A stretch of DNA of 64,000 nucleotides, taken from NCBI GenBank assembly GCA_965603825.1, contig CBFDEM010000002.1:124001-188000 (forward strand), in the 5' to 3' direction. Numbering within the stretch: the first letter of the stretch is position 1; the number at the start of each line of letters is the position of its first letter. The notes beneath the pieces were generated by a model that ran no database searches, was not told the origin of the DNA, and saw only the letters and a program-made list of their open reading frames with translations. This document shows positions 49,096 to 61,318 of this stretch, piece after piece. Source of the DNA: Blepharisma stoltei ATCC 30299. Taxonomy: Eukaryota; Protista; Ciliophora. A program made the translations under genes and the position numbers.

Positions 49096-49133
49096 TAGCC
49101 CAGGAGCGATTTTTGATCGCCCTGGGCTATTTA
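49096..49133. mobile_element. 36-bp TA-bounded palindromic insertion (IES/MITE-like relic)
   Basis: Absent at the paralogous site (CTCCTATAAGGAG, ~50781-50793); ATAGCCCAGG-A-GCGAT-TTTTG-ATCGC-CCTGGGCTAT. Confidence 0.6.
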
Positions 49134-49440
49134 AGGAGACTTTGATTTAATACTTAATGTATTAATCAATTTCTGGTCTTGTTCTGTTTGGGCTTGCTTA
49201 AATCTAAAAACACACCTATTTAATAACTACTTTGAGTCTTCGATTATGTCGTAGTTTGGTGGCTTTTCAAGCTCTTTAAAATACTTCAAAATTGTCTTTG
49301 TAATGGCATTTTTTTCATCTTTTATTTTGGTATGCAGTCCTAGTAATTTTTATTTTAAAAGTCCAGGCGTTGAAATCCCTCCTGCTTTTAGCTCAATACT
49401 ATGCGTTTTGTTATCTTAAAATTCCTAATTTGAGTGCAAG

Positions 49441-50020
49441 TGTAGGCTCTTTGAAGCAGTTTTTGCAGAACCCCGAAATAGCCAAGGTTTTGATAACTTA
49501 TAGTGAGCCTTCTGAAGATCTGAAAGACCCAGATACCAAAAAAACGAAAAAAATTAAAAACTTGAGAAAAGCTTCTATTAATACTGAAGAAGTCAATAAC
49601 GAAGTTTCCTAATTTTGCAGTCACTCTATGATGACTCCAAAGAAAAGACTGAAGCCCTTCCGAAATTTTAAAAAATAATAGAGCTGGAGCTAAAAATAGA
49701 CTTGGCGACCTCAATTGCGAGCTTGAATTCTACAAACATCGACTTTCCGAGGAGCACACGCTTTTAATTTCCCTGAAGTCAGCACAATATATTATAATTG
49801 GGACAGTTATAACGCTGGGGAATTAGATGGAATTCATGGGCCAGACTCGCAGCATAGCTCAATGCCTATACAAAAATTTGACTCTTTGCAAGGGTCTAGG
49901 TCAGAAACTCTGAATTTTTTGAGGCAAATGCAGTCTCCACATGCAAATACTTTTATTTTGCCTCAATTTTCGCCGATGGATTCATTTCAGCACTATCTTA
50001 GTCCGAGAAATAATAAATAG
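49441..50020 (+). pseudogene. Truncated copy of the Myb gene 3' half
   Basis: No Myb repeats; TCA>TAA at 49610-49612; small deletions. Confidence 0.85.
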
Positions 50021-50040
50021 TGTAAATATTGTTACTTAAG

Positions 50041-50745
50041 CTAAAATCTTCCCAAAAGCCTTCTAATCATACTTTTCTCAATTTCATATAGCTGATGATT
50101 ACAATTATCTGCAAGGCATTTGCAAGACCTTAAGATCATATCAAGCGTTTGTGGATCCGCATTAAATTTGTGCCCACACCCAATAACTATAGACGAATTG
50201 TTTTGAGCACACAAGTTTCTTATGATTTCTCTACCAATCTGAGTGTTTCTTTCTGGATATAATATCCAAAAATATTTATTAAAACTTAAAATAGTGATGA
50301 AATTCTGATAATTTGTCACAATTTTAGGTTTTAATTCATATTCTACTAGACGGAATTCGATCATCCCTATTTGTAAAGCCATTAGGAGATTTCCTAAATC
50401 ATCATCAATGTTAAGCAGCTTGTCCAAGATCTCATACAAAAAAATAAGATCAGAAATAGGAGGAGCGTAATTAATTTCATCTTGATGGGGAGCCCAAATT
50501 GAATAGAGCTTTACTATAGCGGCTTGGTCTTGACTGAATAATTTTTGAATATCATTTTTCATGTCGGGGTAATTTCTGTTTATTGTTTCTAATGCAGCTA
50601 GCAGGACAGTTAACAAACTCAGCTTATTTTGTGGGAGTGGCTCTATTTGCCTTCTAAAATATCTATAATAACGCTTGGCATTTTCAATCGTTGGCGACTT
50701 TAAGCCAATCTCGCTAATGGGTATCAGATTTCCTATTGCTTGCAT
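50041..50745 (-). CDS. Hypothetical protein X with C-terminal CxH...CxxxxC (RING-fragment-like)
   Basis: Intact 234-aa ORF; GCGHKF...CLADNCNH. Confidence 0.7.
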   Translation of the reverse strand: MQAIGNLIPISEIGLKSPTIENAKRYYRYFRRQIEPLPQNKLSLLTVLLAALETINRNYPDMKNDIQKLFSQDQAAIVKLYSIWAPHQDEINYAPPISDLIFLYEILDKLLNIDDDLGNLLMALQIGMIEFRLVEYELKPKIVTNYQNFITILSFNKYFWILYPERNTQIGREIIRNLCAQNNSSIVIGCGHKFNADPQTLDMILRSCKCLADNCNHQLYEIEKSMIRRLLGRF

Positions 50746-50764
50746 TTTTTATAGAAATTAAATT

Positions 50765-51742
50765 TTAATTCTTTATAAAGCTCCTATAAGGAGACTTTGA
50801 TTTAATACTTAATGTATTAATCAATTTCTGGTCTTGTTCTGTTTGAGCTTGCTTAAATCTAAAAATACATCTATTTAATAGCTGCTTTGGGTCTTCAATT
50901 ATATCGTAGTTTGGTGGCTTTTCAAGCTCTGTAAAATACTTCAAGATTGTCTTTGTAATGGCATTTTTTTCAGCTTTTGCTTCATCTTTTATTCTGGTCT
51001 GCAGTCCTAGTAACTTTTGCTTTAAAAGTCCAGGCGTTGAAATCCCTCTTGCTTTTAGATCAGCACTGTGTGTTTCGTTATATTTTTTCAATAATGTTGT
51101 CCTTTCTTCAGGATTTTCAAATAATTTGCGAAGTAGAGGCTTGTCGTTAATTCAAGGGACGCCTGGGTTTGCTTCACAAAAAATTGTAAGGCCGCCTAGT
51201 TCTTTTTTGAATTCGTCTAAGCGGTTTTCGATTAATTCAATATGATCAAGAGTCCGTTTTTGCTTTATTGCTCATGATGACATGGTTTTGCCAAATTTCT
51301 TGTCAAAGCTTGAATCTTGGTTCTTTTGTGAAGGAGTCATTGATCTTACCCCACTTCTTTCAGTAAGTGGCTCATATTTTCCAATTTTTCTTAAATTCAT
51401 TCTTGATGTAGAAATTCTCAATGTGTCTTTTAATACATTTTTCCCCTTAAGTTTCCTTAAACTTTGAGTTATTATTTTCTCATTTCCTTCTACTGGTGCC
51501 TGCAAGATCTTTGGCACTTTTTTAATGCTTTCTTGGGTTTTAATTATTTTCTGCCTCTCCAAGATTTCTTTAAAATGTTCAACTTCTCTATAAATTTTGT
51601 TGATGTTTCTTCTTGACTCTCCATTCAGCTTCGATCTGAAAGCATTACTATGAAACTCTTCTAGTGAAATCGTTAAATTAAGTGTCTCATTTAACGTTTC
51701 TCTTAGCTGAAGCGCAAAATGAGTACTGTTATCTATATTCAT
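50765..51742 (-). CDS. Hypothetical protein Y
   Basis: ORFs 51272-51742 and 50765-51091 are one frame via two TGA codons. Confidence 0.7.
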
Positions 51743-51764
51743 TTTAATATAATTTATCTTAGCA

Positions 51765-54700
51765 TTATTTCCCTTTTCTTTCTTTGTGTGACCTTGACGC
51801 CAGCATGAAATTCCCTTTTCTTATATTATCTTTTTCACAAGCCTTACATATTTTTTCTTTTGCGCATCTTCCATGGTACGAGTGTCCACATATAAAAATG
51901 AACATTTTGTCGTCATGTCCTTTTAGCATGCTATCTGAATCAATAGTTAACTGACAAAACGAGCATTTAAACTCTTTTGAACTAACCCCTTTATTTCTCA
52001 ATACCAGCATCTCTTGTGTCGTATTTTTCAAATCTGCATGCAGTAAATCAATAGCTTTTCTTACAATGTTTTTCTGATACGAATATTGTGAAAGAATGCT
52101 GACTATGTTTTCTTTGAAATACCTGAATGGAATATCCCCGAAATTGTTGACTATATGTGAAATTATTTTATTAAAATCGACATTGTCCATCATACTTTCC
52201 AAAACTTGTTTAATACACCATTGGACCATTGGCTCTAGACTGAGATAATTAGTAAAATATGGGGAAAATTGCTTATAAGTTGTCAATACACCAGTTAAAA
52301 GCTGAAACCAATGTTCTTCGTTTTCACTTTGGTCATCTGCGCTCCTAATACAAAGTGATACTGCATTACTTATTTCTGGCTTTAGCTCATTAATAAGAGT
52401 ATTCGAAATCGGCGACCTGCTCAAAATTCTTCCAAATAGGTCAGATCTTTTTATTGTTATAATATCTAGCATTAAATCCAGTGCGTCTTTTATAGATCCA
52501 AGTCTTTCATAAATATAGGCAGTCGCGTTATTAATTTGGTATTTTTTGCAGATTTCTAAACATTCGTCTAAGCTATAGTCGTCTCGGCTTTTTAAAAAAT
52601 CTAAAACTTGCCCTGGAGAATTGATGCATAAAAGCCGAATATATCGTAAAATCAAGTTTTCGTCGATATCTGATGAGGAATTTTTTATTAATTCTCCAAG
52701 ATATTTCATTTGGAGTTGTGGAGCGTTGTCGAGTTTGTCGATAATGCTGCTATGCTCGTTATGGAACCAATCTCTGACGATTTTTGCAGTCCTATCACTG
52801 TCTATATCGACTAATAAATTTAGGTAATCCATTACCATAGCTTTTATGGTCTCAAATTCGGTCGAGCTTAATTTTTCGAAAATTTCATCAAGCCAAGCGA
52901 AAATTTTCTTTTTAATTTCAACGTTTTCAGCCCTTACAAAAGAGTTAACACAGCCTGTGTAATCTTTTTTAAGCTCTAATAAATATACAAGGACTTCTGT
53001 ATAAGGAGATTTTGAGGATATTTTGAAAAGCTCATTGATTTCTCCTTCAGATAGGTCTTTGCAATTTTTTAGCATTTTTAGTATCAATTGGCCTTTTTCT
53101 TCAATTGACAAGTCAAAAGTTGTAGAAAACTCTGTCCCATCAAATGGATTGTGAGCTAAAAATGACTCAATTGTTGACCCTCCAGCAAAGCTAAAATTAT
53201 TCAATCTCAGCTGTGTCGGCTCCATCAAATATTTAGCTGTTTTCAAACATATAGCTTTTGATATTATTTCTTGGTTCACAGATGAAGCTTTTGCAATAAA
53301 AACGGTAAACTGATGAAAAGCATATGTTTCTGGCTTACAATTTTGTTCTAATTTATCCAGTATTTTTTTATGTGTCGGCTTTGATTCCTCATCTTTATTA
53401 GCCTGCAAAATTTGATATGGCAGCCTCTCTTCAAAAAGTAGCCAAATTAGCTTTAAAATCGCTGAGGAATCAATATCAAGCAAAGTCGCTAAATGTTTTC
53501 TTTTAAGAAGCCATTCTACAATGCTATTTATTACCTTTTGCATAAGGTCTGGATGGATTCTTCCTGATGGAAACGTCTCTCCTTTAATACATAGTCGATA
53601 ATACCACATAAGTTTATAAGCAAAATATCTCCTGGATTTTGGGTCTTCTTGTTTTGTTAATGCTTTGTAAATTCTTTTAAGTGGGTTTACATAGGACTGT
53701 AAAACTGAGTTGGTATTTATAAAAATATAGCCAGTTAGTAGGTTATATTCTTCGCATACAGGAATAAGCTGCTTTGGGTCAAGACATGTAGGGTCTAAAT
53801 GAAGAATTAGCCTTTCTATGATGTCAGGTCTGTGTATGTTTAAATAATAAGCTACTATTTTACCTAAGATTGTGTTGGGGATTCCTTTTATTTCGCCATT
53901 CAAAATAAACGGCTCTAATGTGTCCATAAAATATCCAAGATTTTCGGTTCCAGACCCAACGTCGATAAAATAGTCATAAAGTTCATTAAAAAGAAGCTCA
54001 AGGGACTCTATTCCTATACAAAATTCGATTGCATGAGAAATTTTAGCATGCCAAGCCAATTTCCCAAACTTTACATAATCCAAAATGACTGCTTCAAGGA
54101 CTTCTCTAAGGTCATCTTTCCTTTCTGGCACACCATACAATTTTTGTCCTTTCTTCTGATACAGATTCATCCCTAGTGACAGCACCTCTAGCCATTCTCC
54201 TTTTTCAATCAGCGTATCTACACATTCTTTTCAATTTAACAGTCTTCCTTTATGAAACTGCTTAAACCCTAATAAATAAATAACCCTCTCATAAGCTTTA
54301 ACTGAGTTATAAAACGTCGTTTTTTCTTTTCCAGCCTCATCTTTAATTAAGGACTGTGTCGCAATATCTCGATTAGCCCAGGTAATGTCCAAAATTGCAT
54401 TATTTGCATCATCGTTTGGCTTTTTCATGAAGCCTTTTGAGGTAACTACTCGTAATTCTCTGCTTAAGTCCATAATAGACAAAATATCTGTGCTTAGCCA
54501 TAGTAAGCTTTTTATTTCATTTTCTATGTCTAAGTAGCCAGCTATGTGTACACCTTCTCTAGCTGCAAATTTGAACCTAAATAATGTGACTCTTTTGTCT
54601 CAGCCTAGGGCTAGTATTGGGTCTATAGGCTGGCTGTCATCAGGAGCTTGGGCTAGTTTTCAGGTAAGGCAAGGGAAAACTCCTAATTGGACATTATTAG

Positions 54701-55715
54701 GCTTGGAGTACTCAAAAAGGCATTTTAGCTCAGGCTCAAGGGAATAAATCTGCACACTTTCTGTGCTCCCGATTGCAGTCATTAATGCAGAGTCACAAGG
54801 ATGTGGCCATTTTTCATAAGGAAATAAAGGCTCAAGCGAAATACAAATACCGTTATTTCCAGAAATTAGGATTTTTGTATTGAGGGTGATAGACATAAAG
54901 GAAACCGCATACTCTGACAGCATAACTTTTCCATTTGCGTCAGAAGAGATCACACAGCATTTGTGTGGGTGCCAAAACTTGATGGAGAGGACTGCAGAGC
55001 TGTGGACTGTATTTGAAGCTTTAATGCAGTTACCAGTGATGGGGTCCCATAGAGCGACTTGTCCTAGCTGGTATCCTGAGATGACCCATTGTTCATTTGG
55101 GGAAATATCAATACAGGTAACACTCCCAAAGGCTTTGCTTTTGGTTTTCATTGGTTTCAGCTCAGTTCCTTCATGATTAAAAGACATCATATTCCCATAA
55201 GAAGTACCTATCACAATATAGCTCCTAGAAGCTGCCAACGAAGTTGGCAAGCCAGGATTATACCCTGCAGCAGATATCAATTTCCCTGAAATTTCATTAA
55301 TTTCATCAAACCTTATCACAGGGAGCTTGCTTTTGGTATATTGTCTTTTTAAATCCAAAGTCTTTGAAAACGTCTTATCTGTAGTAATTGCATCTTCCAG
55401 TTCTTTTTTGTGAATGAGGTCTAATGGATCTACAACTTCTATGTTTTGTTGAATAGGCTCAATTGGGTCATTTTGAAGCAAAGATTCAAGCTGAAGTTTT
55501 TCATCGTAAGAGTCTTCGATGGAGCCTGACATTGTACGCTGAGAAAAAGAGGATCGGGGTAGTTGAATAAATTTAAGAGGATCAACCTTAAGAACTTCAG
55601 GCATTTCTTCTTCTTCCTCATTGAGGATATCGTCAACCATGTCCGGATCATATGCATCTAAGTCTAATTCTTCTTCGCCCAGGTCTTGTAGAAGTTCGTC
55701 TGCTTTGGATGTCAT
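51765..55715 (-). CDS. VPS8: Vps8 (CORVET subunit)
   Basis: N-terminal WD40-like region (IVIGTSYG), FMDTLEPFIL, IERLILHLD, clathrin-like repeat, C-terminal RING (FICGHSYHGRC); 1317 codons via TGA. Confidence 0.85.
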
Positions 55716-55875
55716 ATTGATTTTCCGATTAAAATTAGCACGCAATAAAAGTGGAAAATAAAATTGGTGTGAATAGAGCTGGGGAGAAATTATTGGAAAA
55801 TCCAGTGGGTTTAGGCGATTTTATGGTAAATTAAAGAAAAATAAGACAGAAATTAATTGATATAAATAGTAAAAA

Positions 55876-56718
55876 ATGAAGGATACTAACAGCTTATATC
55901 TTTCTATAGATGAAGAGGACATAGAAACAGGCCTTTGCATTTTAGATTTACTAGGTTTTAATGATGAAAACAAGACTGAGCCACTTTGCATCAATTTTAA
56001 TCGCATTAAATCCCGCCTCACAGTATATCAAAACCCATCTGCTGATAAACAAACATACTGTTTACCTCTATACCACAGTGTGCGCTGTCCTGCGCGCCGC
56101 TATACCCAAGAGCTCGGCAACAACCTTACGATCCCCAAACTTATAAAAGTCTCAGCCTGCGTCGCAATAGAAAGCACAGACAATAAAATCCTCCTAGCCC
56201 GCAAAACTGAAATTCTTGACCTTTTCCCCAAATATTGAGGTTTTCCAGGAGGCAAAACAAATCATCGAGAAAACCCTAAAGACTGCGCCATAAGAGAAGC
56301 TATATCCCAAACCGGTATTCCCTTCAAAATTTCTCCTGACGGAGTATGATATAGCAATCAGCTTGTTGAGATCGAGCCTATTTTACTATATGAAAACTTG
56401 TACCCAAATGATTTAAACATAGGCCTAATGAGAGCTCAGCATGTTACAATGTTTTTCAGGGCCAAAATTCCGGTGGCTTCTCATGAAATTGCGTTAAATT
56501 TGCAGCAAAATGAAATAGATTTTGCAGTTTGGCTGGCGAAGGATGAGTATGATGATATTAAAATGGATTATAATGGGACTTTAGAAGGACTTCTAAGAAG
56601 TAGAAGAAGCATGCAGATAAATTACAGCCAGCTTGCAGGGGTAGCCCCAAATTCAATAGGAGAAGGAATTTCTGAAGGACACAAAATAGCGCTTGATATT
56701 ATTTTTTCAGCACAATAA
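55876..56718 (+). CDS. NUDT17-like Nudix hydrolase with a degenerate Nudix box
   Basis: AIESTDNKILLARK..LFPKYW(TGA)GFPGG..CAIREAISQTG; QQNEIDFAVW. Confidence 0.7.
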
Positions 56719-56732
56719 TTGTTAAAAATAAA

Positions 56733-57452
56733 TTACTTATCGATGTTTTTCAGGAAAGTGTCCAGATGTTTGCCTTGATATTCCAAGAAATCAAGCTCCA
56801 CCTTTCTTTTAGCTTCGTTTGCAGCTTTCTTTTCTTCGTATTTCCTCAGAAGTGCGTCTTTTTTATTAAGCAGTTCTGATTTCTTGTTTTCCAGCCTGAT
56901 TTTCTGTTTTTCCAGCTCGTCTTTTTTCTCCTGAAGCTCACTTTTCCCTTCTTCAGCCTGCAGTTGTTTTCTGGTCCCAAAAGTAACCGAGCTCTGATAC
57001 AAGGTCTGATAAGCTGCAATTGTCATTTTTATTTCGTCCCTGACCCTCATTAAAAGTAGCCCTCTCTCTGGACATTTAATAGTAACTTGTCTAATAATTT
57101 CATCAAAACATTGAGAATACAGTTCTTCTCTTACAGGGCAGATTCCTGAGTCTCTTGCTTGTCTTTCCATTAGTTTTTGGTCAAGTTTTTCTTTTAGAGT
57201 GATTACGTCTTGACGAGAGGCTGATTGATGGGATACATATTGGATAAATCGCTTGTCGTCTTGAATTCATTCTCTGGGGGGAAGAATTGAGTTTAAGTAT
57301 TCTTCAATTGTTGGCTTGCTTTCCATTGGAGGAAGAGTGCCACGTTTTCGGCCTGCTGGACCTAGAAGACGCTTTTTAGGGGAAATGAAGTCCGAGGAGA
57401 TTTCGACTGGAGGGTCATATTGGATTAAAGTTTCTCTGGGTGGGCCTTCCAT
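56733..57452 (-). CDS. DNALI1: Axonemal inner-arm dynein light intermediate chain p28
   Basis: ILPPREW(TGA), RQARDSGICPVREELYSQCFDEIIRQVTI.CPERGLLLMRVRDE. Confidence 0.95.
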
Positions 57453-57535
57453 AATAACTGCTTTATTATTCTAAAATAGAATTTTAAATAGAAATAGATA
57501 AAATTTTAAAAAAATTGAGAGAATCGTGGATAAAT

Positions 57536-58423
57536 TTACTTGCCATTATGTATTAATAGTATTTCTGCAGGATCAAGATGCGCATCATTTTTTAGTTTTT
57601 TCTTTTTATGCTTATCCCATGTGAATTTTCCAAAAAGCACTACAGTAGAAATAACAAATATAACAAGATATACAATCCCCACCAGTGGCCAATCAATCCC
57701 TTCAAGCGTGCTAGGATCAGCCGCATAATAGCTCGCTTGGCATTGGCTTAAGCAGCTATTACAAGAGCATGGCACAATTTCATATCCATATGCCGTTGTT
57801 ACATTAGTCTGGCAAGGCAAAAATTCAAGATCTAAAGCTTGTGGGCTATCATCAAAAATAAAGGTTGTCCATACGAATCCAATTGGGATACTCTCATAGC
57901 CTTGAAATTGCAAAAATCCTTGAGGACTTTGCATTGCAGAGACTTGAGTAACGTACGGACATTTTTGGCATGACTCATAGATTTGGCATGCCAAGCTATT
58001 GGTAACAGTAAAATTCATTAGCAGAACAAGCTGCATTTGGGATGGTTCCACAGGGTTTGGGACATATTTCTGCTCGCCTGTGCTGACAAATTGTGACTGC
58101 AGCTGATTACAAGAAAAATGGCATCATAAATATTTCATATTTGCCGCACAGATATCACAGCCTCCTATGGAGTGTCCAAAGGTTTCGTCAAGGAGGAAAT
58201 ATTTATAATTCATATTTGAGTTTTGATCATTATTACAGCAGACGGTTTGGCCTAAAAACATGGGGCAGGCATAGGGAGGTGTAAAGTTGGCATGCCATGG
58301 AGGGATTGGGGGATCAACTTTTATGGGGACGTCACAATCATAAGGAGGGTTGGGACAGTGCTGGGTCATTGAGCAAAGGGAGTAAACGTGAGCAATGAGG
58401 GATAAAATGATAAGATGCACCAT
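57536..58423 (-). CDS. Stand-alone NPC1 N-terminal-domain-like protein with one TM helix
   Basis: Signal peptide; ACP..VCC...Q, CDICAANMKYLW(TGA)CHFSC..QSQFV, IYESC, PCSCNSCLSQC; TM plus short basic tail. Confidence 0.75.
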
Positions 58424-58866
58424 TTATTATTATTATTATGATAATATAATATTGGAATTTCCAAATTTATGGGCGGATTTAGTTAAGAGTTTAAAATCTA
58501 GTTGTTTATCAATATAAAAAAAATTGCCAAAATTGAAGTTTTTAGGGATGCAAAATGAGACAATAAAAAAAATGCTGGTTTGGCATAATATCCAAAATTA
58601 ATATATTTTTAATAAAATGAATCTGAAATAGGTTTGCCACAAATCTTGATTAAAAAAGAACTATACTTACTGCATTTGACTTTTTCGTTAGCGGATGAAA
58701 TTAATTCGCCTCATGTTTATTATGATAAAATGGACTTTATTTACCAAAGTTTCACCAAAATGGCAAAATTATCTATTATGAAATACCTATATCTTGAGAT
58801 TAAGCAAATAAATATATTTTAAGCTTTTATAACTCTTTTTAGTTATTTTAGAGAACTCAAAAAAAT

Positions 58867-60189
58867 TTAATTTTCATCTTCAGCTAAACGCCCATCCTTG
58901 AACATGCCTTCAAATTTCTCGCCAGTCGACAAAATTAATTTGCCTTTGCCGTTTTGAAGGCCATCAATCCATTCTCCTTCATAGATATCTCCATTTGCGT
59001 GAATATATTTCCCATAGCCATTTCTACGATGTTGACTCATGTTCCCTTCATAAATATCTCCATTGCTATATTTCCAGGTTCCATATCCATGTGGCATATC
59101 TTCTTTTCATTCCCCTTCATACACATCTCCATTTTTATACTTAAGTACCCCATATCCTTCTTGGACCCCGAACTTAATTTCTCCTTCATATTCTTTTCCA
59201 GTCGCCCAAACAGCTTTTCCTTTCCCATTAAGCTGATTATCTTTTCATTCCCCTTCGTATGTATTTCCATTTACATAAATGCATTTCCCATCCCCTTCAC
59301 ATTTTCCATCCACAAAGCTTCCTTCATAAATGTCTCCATATGCCCATGTATATTTCCCGATTCCATTAGGTAAGTCATTGTTCCATTCTCCTTCATATAC
59401 ATCTTTTCCTTTGCTGATAAATTTTCCTTTGCCACACCTTTTACCATCTACAAAATCACCGTCATAAACTCCTCCATTTTTCAATGTCAAAAATCCTTTT
59501 CCATTTGGCTTGTTATTTTTAATTCCTCCATGGTAAATATCTCCTTCTAAAGAAATCCTGGACTTTTCACTATCATTCACAGGATTCCAATAAGCATTTT
59601 TTAAATTCCCAAAATTAGAGTCTATTTTAAGACTTCACGAATTATCATTTGGCTCCAGCAGATCTCTAATTTTTGATTCTAATTCAACAATAGGGACAAG
59701 ATTTGGCTCCCTTATCATTATTTTGATGCACCAATCATTAAAAGCGTCACGTAAAAGTTCATAATTATTGAACTCTTCAGCTAATTTTTCAGTATTCATA
59801 GTAAACATCCTATCAAAATCACATACGAAATTTTGGGTGTTTATTTTATTGATTTTTTTAGTGGCTTCTATTAAGTTATCGTAGCTCTCTGCAAGCTTTG
59901 ACAATTGAAAAAGGCCGATTTCTAGTGACCGTCTTATTATGTCAATAGCAAGACCAGCGTCATACGTAAGCTTGTCTCGGAAAAATTTTATTTTTTTCTT
60001 TTTTTCTTTGATTACTGAGATAAGGTTGTCTCTGTTTTCGTCGTTTACTATAACAAATAATTGGGTCAGCTCGTGAGGAGAATTTATATGTCTTTGGACG
60101 TGGGTGTTGCAGATTTTGGAATTAGGGGAGCATTTGCAAGAAAAGATTGCTTCCTCAGGACAGTTGGGGACAGAGCAATCAGAACTCAT
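58867..60189 (-). CDS. MORN-repeat protein with an N-terminal Cys/His (B-box-like) module
   Basis: About nine YEGEW..GxG repeats joined by TGA; CSVPNC..CKC..C..H...H. Confidence 0.85.
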
Positions 60190-60397
60190 TAGGCAAGATT
60201 ATTAAATAATATAGACATTTCTAGAGAATTGTGATGTGTTAACTTGGAAATGGATTATAGAAATAGGAATAAATAATTTTTTGTATTTTTAGTATCAAGA
60301 TAACTTAACTTCATAAAACAAATTAGCTGCACGATTACTTATACTTATCATCATTTCCTAATAGAGTTATGATTTGCAAAATATTCAATAATAAAAT

Positions 60398-60862
60398 ATG
60401 ATTACCACTTTAAGGTACTCTGAAGGTTTTTTCAGAAATTTATCAGGCTATATCGGCCAAAGTGCTCCAATAAGACCTCAGCCTACCCATCTACCTCCTC
60501 CCCAGGTATCCCAGCCTGCCCCTGTAGTCCAAGTACAAGAGCAACAACCAGAATTAAACCCAGAACCCAAACATTTCAAGAATGAAGACCTTTATCTTGA
60601 CTATGAAGACAAACCCGCAAGATCTCAAGCTCCTCTATCAAAATCAGCAACTGGCTTAAGCTACAATAAAAGAGAATGGATTTTACGTCAAAGGCAAGAT
60701 TTATCTGAAGAAATTAACAAGGCAAAATCTAGAGTTGATGAAGAAAACGCAAGAAGAGACCAAATTCTGAAGCAGGAGCAGGAGAAAATTAACGAAGTAT
60801 ATGCTGCCCAAAGAAAGCTTGAAGATCTAATGAGAGAACAGAGCTCAAGGCTATTTAAGTAA
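60398..60862 (+). CDS. Hypothetical protein with coiled-coil C-terminus
   Basis: 154-aa ORF. Confidence 0.65.
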   Translation: MITTLRYSEGFFRNLSGYIGQSAPIRPQPTHLPPPQVSQPAPVVQVQEQQPELNPEPKHFKNEDLYLDYEDKPARSQAPLSKSATGLSYNKREWILRQRQDLSEEINKAKSRVDEENARRDQILKQEQEKINEVYAAQRKLEDLMREQSSRLFK

Positions 60863-61006
60863 AATTGGATTTGAATTAAATTCATGTGATTTTATTTATA
60901 AAGTAAAAGTATTAATATAAATAATCTCGAAAGTAATTAGAAATCTAGCTTTAGATAGTTATTAATAAATACCTCCTCTGCATATCTGCAAAATCTCGCT
61001 ATTCAG

Positions 61007-61318
61007 CTATGGATTGGCAGATGTGCTTCCAGGTGGCCCTGCTGGAGTTATTGTTAAATCTTGTGAAAGGTCTGTAGCGTAATAAATGTAATTTAATGCT
61101 GAATCTTGTGTATAAGCTTCAGTGACGCAATCATAAATTCCTGCTGAACTAGGAGGAGTTACATGAGGGATGTTAATAATCATTAATCCAGGCAAAAATT
61201 CATAAAAATCAGTAATTCTCAGAGTATTTGACGAGATGGAGCAGGATATAGGATCAAAGCTGCTAATGCCAATTAGTCCAGAAACATATATTATTTCGTT
61301 TAAGAAAGTTTCTAGCAT
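61007..61318 (-). pseudogene. Possible orphan fragment of a larger surface or secreted protein gene
   Basis: Ser/Thr/Pro-rich, beta-like composition; frame extends upstream without a new ATG. Confidence 0.3.

Larger units (their letters stand above)
47725..51081. repeat. Tandem segmental duplication of ~1.65 kb (copy 1 ~47725-49414, copy 2 ~49441-51081)
   Basis: The Myb 3' half, gene X and the 3' end of gene Y each occur twice in the same order. Confidence 0.92.

Noticed and set aside
49370-49612. 80-aa ORF across the duplication junction
   Set aside because: Non-ATG start; formed from antisense gene Y, filler and the Myb pseudogene
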